Position numbers and translations under genes: made by a program. DNA of 32,000 nt from Vibrio alginolyticus NBRC 15630 = ATCC 17749 (GTDB lineage Bacteria > Pseudomonadota > Gammaproteobacteria > Enterobacterales > Vibrionaceae), in assembly GCF_000354175.2 (NCBI RefSeq), contig NC_022359.1:1710001-1742000 (forward strand). Reading direction: 5' to 3'. Under the pieces are notes generated by a model, which saw only the letters and a list, made by a program, of their open reading frames with translations, had not been told where the DNA came from and did no database searches. Positions 17,983 through 26,100 of the stretch are shown piece by piece. Numbering within the stretch: the first letter of the stretch is position 1; every line of letters starts with the position of its first letter.

Positions 17983-19347
17983 ATGCATAACACCACTAAT
18001 GCTACTGAAGCTCCTAAGGGCAACTTTTGGATGTTTTTCATCCCTTCCCTAATTGGTCTTCTACTCTTTATGGCTCCGATCTCTTACGATGGCGGCCTAA
18101 CCATTCCCGTTGCAGTGATGGCAAAAGTCATCCCAGCGGTGTTAGGCGATACCTTGATTGCTATCGTCACCAGTATCATCGCTTTCATGGCCGTTGCTTC
18201 TGTTCTTTGCAAAATTTTTAAGCCAGCTGCAATTTTACGTAATGGTTTTTTAAACGGTCTCTTCAACCCATCTCCACTTTGGCTCGTTGTTCGTTTAATC
18301 GGCGGCGCTGCCGTGTTAATGACGTTTTTCCAAGTGGGTCCAAAAGCAATTTGGGAAGAGAACACTGGCGGGCTTGTTCTTACTGGTCTCCTACCTACTC
18401 TGTTTGCCGTTTTCATTTTCGCGGGTTTACTGCTTCCGCTTCTTTTGAACTTCGGTCTTCTGGAGCTATTTGGTGCGTTACTCAGTAAAATAATGCGTCC
18501 GGTATTCAACCTACCTGGCCGCAGTGCAATTGACTGTATGGCATCTTGGTTAGGCGACGGAAGTGTTGGTATCTTGCTAACCAGCAAGCAATACGAAAAT
18601 AAGTTCTATACTCAGCGTGAAGCGGCTGTTGTCGGGACCACTTTCTCAGCAGTATCGATCACGTTTAGCTTAGTTGTTATCGCTCAGGTAAAACTAGAGC
18701 ACTTATTTTTGCCTTTCTACGGCGCTATCTGTCTAGCTGGTATCGTAGCTGCGATTATCATTCCTCGCCTGCCTCCGCTTAGTCTGAAGAAAGATCGCTA
18801 CATTGACGGCAGCAACCCAGATAAAGACGCAGATGCAGTGCCAGAAGGCCACACCACATTCTCTTGGGGTATGGATCTAGCTCTTAAGCGTGCTGGTCAA
18901 GTCACATCGGTTCAGTCTGTATTTAAAGAAGGCGTACACAACGCAGTCGACATGGTATTTGGCGTACTACCTGTAGTGATGGGTCTTGGTACCGTCGCAT
19001 TGGTGATTGCAGAATACACGCCTGTATTTGCAATTCTGGGTCAACCGTTTATCCCATACCTAGAGCTACTGCAAGTCCCTGAAGCTGTTGCAGCATCACA
19101 GACAATCGTTGTTGGCTTTGCAGATATGTTTATTCCAGCAATTTTAGCGGCCTCAATCGATAACGAAATGACACGTTTTGTTATTGCAGCAATGTCAGTA
19201 ACTCAGCTTATCTACATGTCGGAAGTAGGTGCCCTACTATTAGGCAGCAAAATTCCAGTAAACATTGTAGAGCTCTTCGTAATTTTCATTTTACGTACGT
19301 TAATCACGTTACCTGTGATTGCTGGCGTTGCTCATCTTATTTTCTAA
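17983..19347 (+). CDS. Polytopic membrane protein with nucleoside-recognition (Gate) domains, YjiH-like
   Basis: 454 aa, more than 10 TM. Resembles proteins annotated as YjiH family or transporter gate domain; the family assignment is from memory. Confidence 0.55.
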   Translation: MHNTTNATEAPKGNFWMFFIPSLIGLLLFMAPISYDGGLTIPVAVMAKVIPAVLGDTLIAIVTSIIAFMAVASVLCKIFKPAAILRNGFLNGLFNPSPLWLVVRLIGGAAVLMTFFQVGPKAIWEENTGGLVLTGLLPTLFAVFIFAGLLLPLLLNFGLLELFGALLSKIMRPVFNLPGRSAIDCMASWLGDGSVGILLTSKQYENKFYTQREAAVVGTTFSAVSITFSLVVIAQVKLEHLFLPFYGAICLAGIVAAIIIPRLPPLSLKKDRYIDGSNPDKDADAVPEGHTTFSWGMDLALKRAGQVTSVQSVFKEGVHNAVDMVFGVLPVVMGLGTVALVIAEYTPVFAILGQPFIPYLELLQVPEAVAASQTIVVGFADMFIPAILAASIDNEMTRFVIAAMSVTQLIYMSEVGALLLGSKIPVNIVELFVIFILRTLITLPVIAGVAHLIF

Positions 19348-19367
19348 AATCGAGACGTCAATTAACA

Positions 19368-19396
19368 AAGGCTCCGCATCGTCGGGGCCTTTTTTA
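19368..19396 (+). terminator. Rho-independent terminator
   Basis: Stem aggctccg / cggggcct (one G-T wobble), followed by tttttt. Confidence 0.8.
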
Positions 19397-19654
19397 TACC
19401 TAAAACTCCGTCCACATTAGGCTTTTAGTAAAAAGCTCATAATTTACGAAGACAAAACTTCAACAAAACACCTTTCAGCACCAACAAAATTTTCATCACC
19501 TCACCTGTAAAGCCAGTTAATGCCACTGTTTGTTAAGCAATTCTTTTCATTATGACGATTTCATTAATCGAGCTCGCAAACATGATCACACTCACAAGTT
19601 TTAACGTAAACTATCGTTTTGTTTAAATTTAGTTAAAAAAGACGACAAATGAGT

Positions 19655-19681
19655 TCATGTTTTTGACAAAGATGTCGATAA
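19655..19681 (+). promoter_or_regulatory. Candidate sigma-28 (FliA) promoter for the chemoreceptor gene
   Basis: TCATGTTT-N11-GTCGATAA against the consensus TAAAGTTT-N11-GCCGATAA (6/8 and 7/8 matches, exact 11-nt spacer), about 100 nt upstream of the MCP start. Confidence 0.45.
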
Positions 19682-19783
19682 AAATATAACCAAACACAAT
19701 AGGTTTCTCTTTATGCCCAATTCGCTCGGTTTAAAAGAGGCGAAAGCAAAGTGGAACCAACCGGGAGAATCAGAGGAAAGCTC

Positions 19784-21655
19784 ATGAAATTCAGACATAA
19801 GGTTGTCACAGCCTCTTCATTTTTGCTGCTAATTACCGTGTCGTTATTGTCGACACAACAAGTTATGACCATCCGCTCCCAAACTCAGGAGCAAATCGAC
19901 TCAAGTGTCAACGAGATATTGACCAGTGTTGGTAACACTGTGCAATCAGAAATGAATGCAAAGAAGGATCTCGCTCGCTCCATTACTGAAGTGATTGAGC
20001 TTGATCCCAGTTCACATAGCTATGTTCAAAACATACTTGAAAGACCCACGCCAAAAAGCAGCTTCCTTGCCATCGGTTTTGGTTATGAAAGTAATGGCTT
20101 TGTGATTGAAAATGACGACGGCTGGGATGCGGGTCCAGACTACGACCCACGTCAGCGTCCTTGGTTTATTGCAGCTAAGAGCAAAGGCGATTTGGTCGTA
20201 ACCGATCCGTACGTCGATGCGTCTTCGAAAAACGTTATCATCTCTGTTGGTACGCCAGTAAAAGAAAATGGCCAGTTTTTAGCCGGTATGTTTTATGACC
20301 TCGAATTAACTACCCTTTCAGATCTGGTCAACCAAGTGAATCTGTTTGATGCTGGTTACTTATTTCTGGTCACCGCTGATGGCACAACCATTGCTCACCC
20401 TCAAAGTAAATACAACGGTGAGAAAGTCGGTAGCTACCTCCCACAAATCGAACTTACGCAATCAGCACAACATGTTGAGATTGATGGCAACCGCTACATG
20501 GTTAACCTGACTCACATTCCTGGAGAGAACTGGTACGTAGGTTCGGTGATCGATGAAGCGGTTGCCTATTCTGCCGTAGGAGAGCTCCGTAACAACGCTA
20601 TTATTTATTCAATCATTGCCGTGATTGCATCTATTATCGCCCTAACTCTGTTGATTCGCACTCTCATGCGTCCTTTGGACACGCTAAATAATGCGATTAA
20701 AGATGTAGCATCAGGGAAAGGCGACCTTACACAACGCCTCGAAACAGATACTGACCAAGAGTTTTCTGAGCTTGCCACAAACTTCAATACGTTCATGGAG
20801 AACTTACAACAGCAAATCATTGAGTCGAAACGTATTTCTGATCAAATTTTAAACGGAACTCAAATCACCGCTGAGGGCGCAAAAGACTCGGCAGGCGCAA
20901 TTCACACTCAGCTGCAAGAGCTAGAACAACTTGCTACCGCGATGCATGAGATGTCTGTCACCGCGACAGAGGTTGCTAATAATGCGCAAGGTGCGGCAAG
21001 TGCAGCCAAAGAAGCCGACCAAGCAACGGTTGAGGGGTCTTCTATCGTTGGTGAATCGACACAAACGATAAACATGCTTTCCGATAGCATTGACCTTGCA
21101 GTCGAAGAAGTACAAGTGTTGGAATCTGCTACCGCTAATATCGAAACGATTCTAAAAGTCATCAACGATATTGCGGACCAAACAAACTTACTCGCGTTGA
21201 ATGCCGCAATCGAGGCTGCACGTGCGGGAGAATCTGGCCGAGGCTTCGCCGTTGTTGCAGATGAAGTACGTACACTGGCACAACGTACTCAAGAGTCGAC
21301 AACAGAGATTCGTACTATGATTGAGCAACTACAATCTGGCGCTTCATCTGTGGCAAATGCCATGCATCAAAGCAAAGGTAGTGCTATAGAGGCCGTTGAA
21401 AAAGCGGGTTTAGCAAATAGTGCGTTACAACGCATTCGTGACGCGATTCAGCGTATTTCAGATATGAACTTGCAAATTGCCTCAGCAGCGGAAGAGCAAA
21501 GCCTTGTCGCTGAAGAGATCAACAACAATACGGTGAATATTAAAGACCTATCGACTCAAGTCGCCGAATCGGCAAATCGAACCAACGACGCGATGCAGGC
21601 GCAACAAGAAGATGTACATAAACAAGATCAAATCTTAAATAGATTTACTGTCTAA
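19784..21655 (+). CDS. Methyl-accepting chemotaxis protein with a periplasmic dCache-type sensor
   Basis: TM, Cache-like region, TM, HAMP, then the conserved signalling hairpin ([34 protein letters not shown]). ATG at 19784 behind gaggaaa preferred over GTG at 19751. Confidence 0.9.
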   Translation: MKFRHKVVTASSFLLLITVSLLSTQQVMTIRSQTQEQIDSSVNEILTSVGNTVQSEMNAKKDLARSITEVIELDPSSHSYVQNILERPTPKSSFLAIGFGYESNGFVIENDDGWDAGPDYDPRQRPWFIAAKSKGDLVVTDPYVDASSKNVIISVGTPVKENGQFLAGMFYDLELTTLSDLVNQVNLFDAGYLFLVTADGTTIAHPQSKYNGEKVGSYLPQIELTQSAQHVEIDGNRYMVNLTHIPGENWYVGSVIDEAVAYSAVGELRNNAIIYSIIAVIASIIALTLLIRTLMRPLDTLNNAIKDVASGKGDLTQRLETDTDQEFSELATNFNTFMENLQQQIIESKRISDQILNGTQITAEGAKDSAGAIHTQLQELEQLATAMHEMSVTATEVANNAQGAASAAKEADQATVEGSSIVGESTQTINMLSDSIDLAVEEVQVLESATANIETILKVINDIADQTNLLALNAAIEAARAGESGRGFAVVADEVRTLAQRTQESTTEIRTMIEQLQSGASSVANAMHQSKGSAIEAVEKAGLANSALQRIRDAIQRISDMNLQIASAAEEQSLVAEEINNNTVNIKDLSTQVAESANRTNDAMQAQQEDVHKQDQILNRFTV

Positions 21656-21669
21656 CACTCATTTAAGCG

Positions 21670-21705
21670 AAAACAGCGAGCACCGGCTCGCTGTTTTTGT
21701 TTTTA
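21670..21705. terminator. Rho-independent terminator after the MCP gene; may also act on the convergent His-rich gene
   Basis: Stem aaaacagcgagc / gctcgctgtttt, loop accg, followed by ttgttttt. Confidence 0.85.
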
Positions 21706-21799
21706 ACCCTCTACCCTAGTATTGGTCGATGTTACATGTGCCATGTTGGTGCTATTAAGCTCAACATTACAAGAACGCCGACTATGTGTCCTTTCAAGT

Positions 21800-22147
21800 T
21801 TAATTGAACTCGACATGGATATAGCGATCATTAGAACGACGATAATAGCGGTCGTCCACTTTTAGATAAGTGAAATCTCCAATCTTTATGTAGGTACTAT
21901 TCCGAGGAATTCGGTCATGGTAATAGTAACTGCGCCTTGGTCGTCGGGTCTCCACATAAATAACGTCACGATGTTTGTGTTTATGTTTATGCTTGTGCTT
22001 GCGCTTGTGTTTATGATGGTGGTGATGTGCATGATGGTGATCGTACCGATGTCCATGCTTATGCTTCGGGTCAGCCACCGCTTCTGTACTCAACACACCT
22101 AAAGACAACATAACGCCAACCATGGCAAAAGATAATTGCTTTGACAC
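21800..22147 (-). CDS. Secreted histidine/lysine-rich protein (possible periplasmic metal-binding protein)
   Basis: 115 aa. Signal peptide MSKQLSFAMVGVMLSLGVLSTEAVA. Mature N-terminus DPKHKHGHRYDHHHAHHHHHKHKRKHKHKHKHKHRD, then a Tyr/Arg-rich C-terminal domain. GTG start behind aagagg. Confidence 0.7.
   Translation of the reverse strand: MSKQLSFAMVGVMLSLGVLSTEAVADPKHKHGHRYDHHHAHHHHHKHKRKHKHKHKHKHRDVIYVETRRPRRSYYYHDRIPRNSTYIKIGDFTYLKVDDRYYRRSNDRYIHVEFN
21968..22066 (-). repeat. Imperfect hexanucleotide (AARCAY)n coding repeat specifying the His/Lys tract
   Basis: Plus strand reads atgtttgtgtttatgtttatgcttgtgcttgcgcttgtgtttatgatggtggtgatgtgcatgatggtg. About 17 His in about 36 residues. Confidence 0.8.
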
Positions 22148-22321
22148 AACAGAGCCTCTTATTCATATCAACATCGATATAATAGAAGGGTGAATCACTG
22201 TACATGTCAGCCTTTCGCTAAGGAGTTTTACTAAAAAGTCAGCGCTAACCGTGATTATCAGAGAAACGTCAAACATCACAAATGCTGATGACTTTGAGTG
22301 GCCTGGGTTCGGCTATGAATA

Positions 22322-22360
22322 CAAAAAAGCCGCCCGTTTGACTACGAGCGGCTCAGTTTT
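22322..22360. terminator. Terminator of the TyrP-like gene (T-runs on both strands)
   Basis: Stem agccgcccg / cgagcggct (one mismatch), with aaaaaa upstream and ttttt downstream. Confidence 0.7.
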
Positions 22361-22379
22361 TAAATAAGCTAGCGTGATT

Positions 22380-23537
22380 TTATACTGCTTGGGCAAACAG
22401 CAAGAAACAGCCGAATAGGAAGATCATGCTCATTCCCATTGCGCCGCCACCAGCTTCATAAATATTGTCATCTTCTACCGGCACTTGGCGCACTTTCATG
22501 GTCATTGATAATGGGACAAAGACCGCGAGAAACACGAGAATAATCCCCGCGTAGCTGAGAATAGCTAGGAAGTGTTCTGGCGCAAATACAGCACCTAATA
22601 GTGGTAGCACAAAAGTAGTAACAAAAATCACTGGCTTACTTGCTTTCAGTAGGTCTGCATTTTGATCGTATAGCGCCATTGCAACACCTAAGAACGACGT
22701 TAGTAGTGCCAAACCAGTAAACATGGATAGGATGAACTCTAAGCCCTCGTATTGCTGACCTAGTACCGATATCAACTCTGTTACGTTGGAGTATTGAACA
22801 AGCTCATGAGGTGGTAGGTTGCCGACAACCGCTAACAACCATAATAGGTAACAAACAAGCGGAATAGTTGAGCCCACGATAATCATATTACGCAGCTGTG
22901 TTTTACTCGCTTCTTTGTTGTAAGTTACAAGCGATGGGATCACGACCATAAAACCGAAACTGGTGAAAAGCACCGAACTGGTTTTGATAAGTGCCATTTT
23001 ATCGTCGCTCACAACCTCATCAAGTCCTTCAAACGAGACGCTTGGTGCAAGCGCAAAAAGTGTCAGGATCAGCGCTACGATCATGCCTAGGAACAAACCG
23101 CGATTCAGCTTATCTACTACCCCTGTACCTGCCGAAACAATGATACCAACTAAAAGAGTAAAACCGACTTGGCTTGAGATCGTAGATGTTGGAAGCCCAA
23201 TTGAGGCTGTTACTTTTTGTACCAGATCACCCGCACCAATGATGTAAGCCATTAATAGACAAACTAACAGGGCGTAAAGCAAGCTGTTGGTTACCAACTG
23301 ACCTCCTTTACCAAGCGTTTCGCGAGCAATTGCATTCATGCTCACACCACCACCTACTTTGCAACTGGCTTCAAGAAGGAGCAGCGCAGCATAAGTCGTT
23401 CCAGCCCAGATGAACAACATAAGAAGAGTGCCCCAAAGGAGGCCAAATTGAGCAAGCACCATTGGTATAGCAAGCATACCAGCGCCAAGAGCAGTACCTG
23501 CAACGATCAGGGAGCTGCCGACAAGTTTTAGGTTCAC
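22380..23537 (-). CDS. Aromatic amino acid:H+ symporter, HAAAP family (TyrP/Mtr/TnaB-like)
   Basis: N-terminus VNLKLVGSSLIVAGTALGAGMLAIPMV matches the TyrP/Mtr signature. About 11 TM. GTG at 23537 behind agaggt preferred over the track's TTG at 23558. Confidence 0.85.
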   Translation of the reverse strand: MNLKLVGSSLIVAGTALGAGMLAIPMVLAQFGLLWGTLLMLFIWAGTTYAALLLLEASCKVGGGVSMNAIARETLGKGGQLVTNSLLYALLVCLLMAYIIGAGDLVQKVTASIGLPTSTISSQVGFTLLVGIIVSAGTGVVDKLNRGLFLGMIVALILTLFALAPSVSFEGLDEVVSDDKMALIKTSSVLFTSFGFMVVIPSLVTYNKEASKTQLRNMIIVGSTIPLVCYLLWLLAVVGNLPPHELVQYSNVTELISVLGQQYEGLEFILSMFTGLALLTSFLGVAMALYDQNADLLKASKPVIFVTTFVLPLLGAVFAPEHFLAILSYAGIILVFLAVFVPLSMTMKVRQVPVEDDNIYEAGGGAMGMSMIFLFGCFLLFAQAV

Positions 23538-24260
23538 GGTTAATACCTCTAAATTCAATCCGTTAATTTCTCGCCAGTTGTGCTTTATCTAAAGCACACA
23601 ACAAAACGCTCCGACTTAGTCAAAATTTGGTTACAAGAGCACTATGTTACAAGAGCCCTGTATGGCTAAGAAAACATGCAACAAAAGGTGGTTAATCATT
23701 TGCACATGAACACTTGAGAGTCATTTTTGGCGATGTCATCGTTGATGAAATGTGCGCAACTTTGGGTTCGAAGCAAAATTGTTCATCTTAATTCATCAAC
23801 CCCATTCGTTATGAATGGATTTGGTTCGAAAAGATTGTAAGGCATAAGCAGGACGATTGAAAAGCAAAAGGTCAATCTTATAGCGATATATTTTAACAAC
23901 TCTTATCTTTTACCTAAGATGTGTTGTTTTTTTCGTCACTAATTAGTCTTTTATCGCTTAAAGAGAAGGAAGAACGTGCTCAATGGCTCAATTTGGCTGG
24001 GTGTACAGATTAATTTACAGTTTAAGTGAAGGTGTTAGATTCCAAGGACGTAGCCTAGATCGGACAATATCGCTATTATTCGCTGCGTACCGACACTGTT
24101 TGGTTCACATACCTCTAAACACTGATTTACGGTTCGAAAATATAGGTAAATGAGTGTCCGAATGCTGGGTGTGGTTCCCCAGCATTTGCATCCTTTCTTT
24201 TAGATGTCATCAATTGATCGAAATTGCATAAATCTTGTATCGCCCGACTTTACGACTGTG

Positions 24261-24572
24261 TTAATACGCTTTATCTAGCGCGCCAATGATATAAGTTAAC
24301 ACTGGAATACCCATATCGGCGACCTGCTTCTCAGTCTCACTCATATTTTCATGCGCCATCCGCAGCTCTACTTCACTTATCGATTCTTTGTGAAGGTAAA
24401 GCTCTTTGTAGTTCATCAATCGCTGTTGTGACTGTTGAATCAGTGTCACAACATTCTCTTTAGTCTCACGATGTTGCTGATCAATTTCACTAAATAAATG
24501 ATCTAAAATGCGTTGCATTTTGCGAATAGAAGCTTTCGTTTCTATTGATTTGTATGATTGATACTTTTCCAT
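24261..24572 (-). CDS. Hypothetical helical protein (no recognised domain)
   Basis: 103-aa ORF with a predicted all-helical, charged composition. No clear SD. Divergent from the XRE regulator. Confidence 0.5.
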   Translation of the reverse strand: MEKYQSYKSIETKASIRKMQRILDHLFSEIDQQHRETKENVVTLIQQSQQRLMNYKELYLHKESISEVELRMAHENMSETEKQVADMGIPVLTYIIGALDKAY

Positions 24573-24713
24573 TGAGTTAATAACTGACTAAAATATTTAC
24601 GTTTTTATAAGACAGTTATTTTTATACTGATTGCAAAGCAGGTAAATATGTGGTGGTTAAACTGGTCCACTTCTTGCTCCGTTTAGGTCAAAACTGTCCT
24701 TTCAGGAGAGCAC

Positions 24714-25046
24714 ATGCAGGTAGACCCAATAATTCAAGCACTGATCGCAAGACGAAAATCGAATGGCCTCTCCCGTGAGCAAATGGCAAACATCGCTGGA
24801 ATGAGCGTAAAAACATATCAAAGGATCGAGCGCGGAGAGTCCGATCTTAAACTCTCACAATATCGTGCCATATTGCGTTCGCTTCATTTGACTGACCTAG
24901 ATATTGCTTTAGATGTACGTGATGTTCAGCATGTCACAGCAAATGACTTAACGGCCGTAGCGCGATTGCTCTCACCGGAAGCTCAGTCCCTGCTCGTTCG
25001 CCTGTTATCGTTAATCCTTGAACAAAAGAACAAGAAAGGTGATTAA
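24714..25046 (+). CDS. XRE family helix-turn-helix transcriptional regulator
   Basis: 110 aa. HTH_3-type core (LSREQMANIAGMSVKTYQRIERGESDLKLSQYRAILRSL). SD aggaga 4 nt upstream. Confidence 0.8.
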   Translation: MQVDPIIQALIARRKSNGLSREQMANIAGMSVKTYQRIERGESDLKLSQYRAILRSLHLTDLDIALDVRDVQHVTANDLTAVARLLSPEAQSLLVRLLSLILEQKNKKGD

Positions 25047-25109
25047 CCACATTACTCATACTCAAACGATGAATGCCCTGTTGAGCGTTGAAACATGAAC
25101 CGTTTAGAC

Positions 25110-25140
25110 AAAAAAAAACTCGTCAAATGACGAGTTTTAT
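25110..25140. terminator. Bidirectional Rho-independent terminator (XRE gene on +, lipoprotein gene on -)
   Basis: a9 run, then stem actcgtc / gacgagt, then tttta. Confidence 0.8.
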
Positions 25141-25156
25141 TCTTTATATCAGTCCG

Positions 25157-25537
25157 TTACTCTAGGCTTTTCAATTCCGATGTATCAACGCCTTTTATTG
25201 CATCTTTCGCCACTTTATCAGGATCAAAGACATCACGTTCTTCATATGAATTATCAATCATGCCTTGTCCTATCGCGGTCGCCTGCTTTTGTAACTTGTT
25301 ACCCTCTACCTCACCAGCATCCCAGCCTTGTCGATAATCTGAGTCGGTTTGATACCTTGTTTCGTCCTTAATATAGTGTTCAAAATCATTCCCTGCCTCT
25401 TGCATACCACTATGCCGACCGTCATGAAAGCCTTGGATATAAGCTTCATCATAACCGCTCTCTTTTAACGCGCTGTCACTCGTACCACAGCCTGAGAGGA
25501 GAACAAAAAATAGCGAAACGAATACCTTATGAAACAT
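25157..25537 (-). CDS. Small lipoprotein, function unknown
   Basis: 126 aa. Lipobox LLSGC after a hydrophobic h-region. SD gagg 7 nt upstream. Acidic mature part. Confidence 0.7.
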   Translation of the reverse strand: MFHKVFVSLFFVLLSGCGTSDSALKESGYDEAYIQGFHDGRHSGMQEAGNDFEHYIKDETRYQTDSDYRQGWDAGEVEGNKLQKQATAIGQGMIDNSYEERDVFDPDKVAKDAIKGVDTSELKSLE

Positions 25538-25704
25538 ATTTAGGCCTCAAAGCTTTCAAATAAATTAATCATAGTTCGCGATTTCAACTTCTGCTTACTT
25601 CAGGCTATTAGATAGCATTGTGACTCGACGAAGCCTGTGAACTTGAGTCCCTACAGTGAGTACAAAGCTGGACAAAGCATCACACCTACTGATAAACATT
25701 ATAC

Positions 25705-26091
25705 TCAACGCGCGTTTAATACTTCCATCGCAAGTGCTTCATCATCTTGCTCAGCCAAACCGCTAATGCCAATTGCACCGACGATTTTCCCCTCTTGTTC
25801 TATAGGCACACCACCCATAAAGCCTGTGATCTTCGGGTCAGTCCAATAACTCAACTGCTTACCCGTCTCACGAGCCCAAGCACCCAGATTGCCGCTAGGC
25901 TGACGGTCTCTAGCCGAGGTGTAAGCTTTGTTCTGGGCCAACAAACCTGCTTGCAGACTCACATCATCCATTCGGGCAAAACCGAGCAATTCTCCATGTG
26001 TATCAACCACGGCAACCGCAATGTTTTGCTTGCGAGCAGTCGCAATTTCCAATGCCGTTTGAATCAGAGTTTGAACTTGTACGTATTTCAT
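25705..26091 (-). CDS. GlcG/HbpS-like haem-binding family protein (DUF336)
   Basis: 128 aa with typical DUF336 sequence (...AVAVVDTHGELLGFARMD...GGVPI...GAIGISG...). SD aggagag. 9 bp after the AKR gene. Confidence 0.8.
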   Translation of the reverse strand: MKYVQVQTLIQTALEIATARKQNIAVAVVDTHGELLGFARMDDVSLQAGLLAQNKAYTSARDRQPSGNLGAWARETGKQLSYWTDPKITGFMGGVPIEQEGKIVGAIGISGLAEQDDEALAMEVLNAR

Positions 26092-26100
26092 TTTTCTCTC

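Noticed and set aside
18084-18587. 167-aa minus-strand ORF, plus the smaller ORFs at 18027-18221 and 18279-18488
   Set aside because: They are fully embedded in or antisense to the well-supported 454-aa membrane protein gene. Their Arg/Pro/Ser-rich composition is typical of an off-frame read, and they have no SD.
23765-24138. Reading the GGTTCGAA copies as tRNA T-arm remnants, i.e. att sites of an integrative element
   Set aside because: None is followed by the TCC or acceptor-stem sequence expected of a tRNA 3' end. There is no integrase nearby, and no tRNA-like cloverleaf can be drawn.
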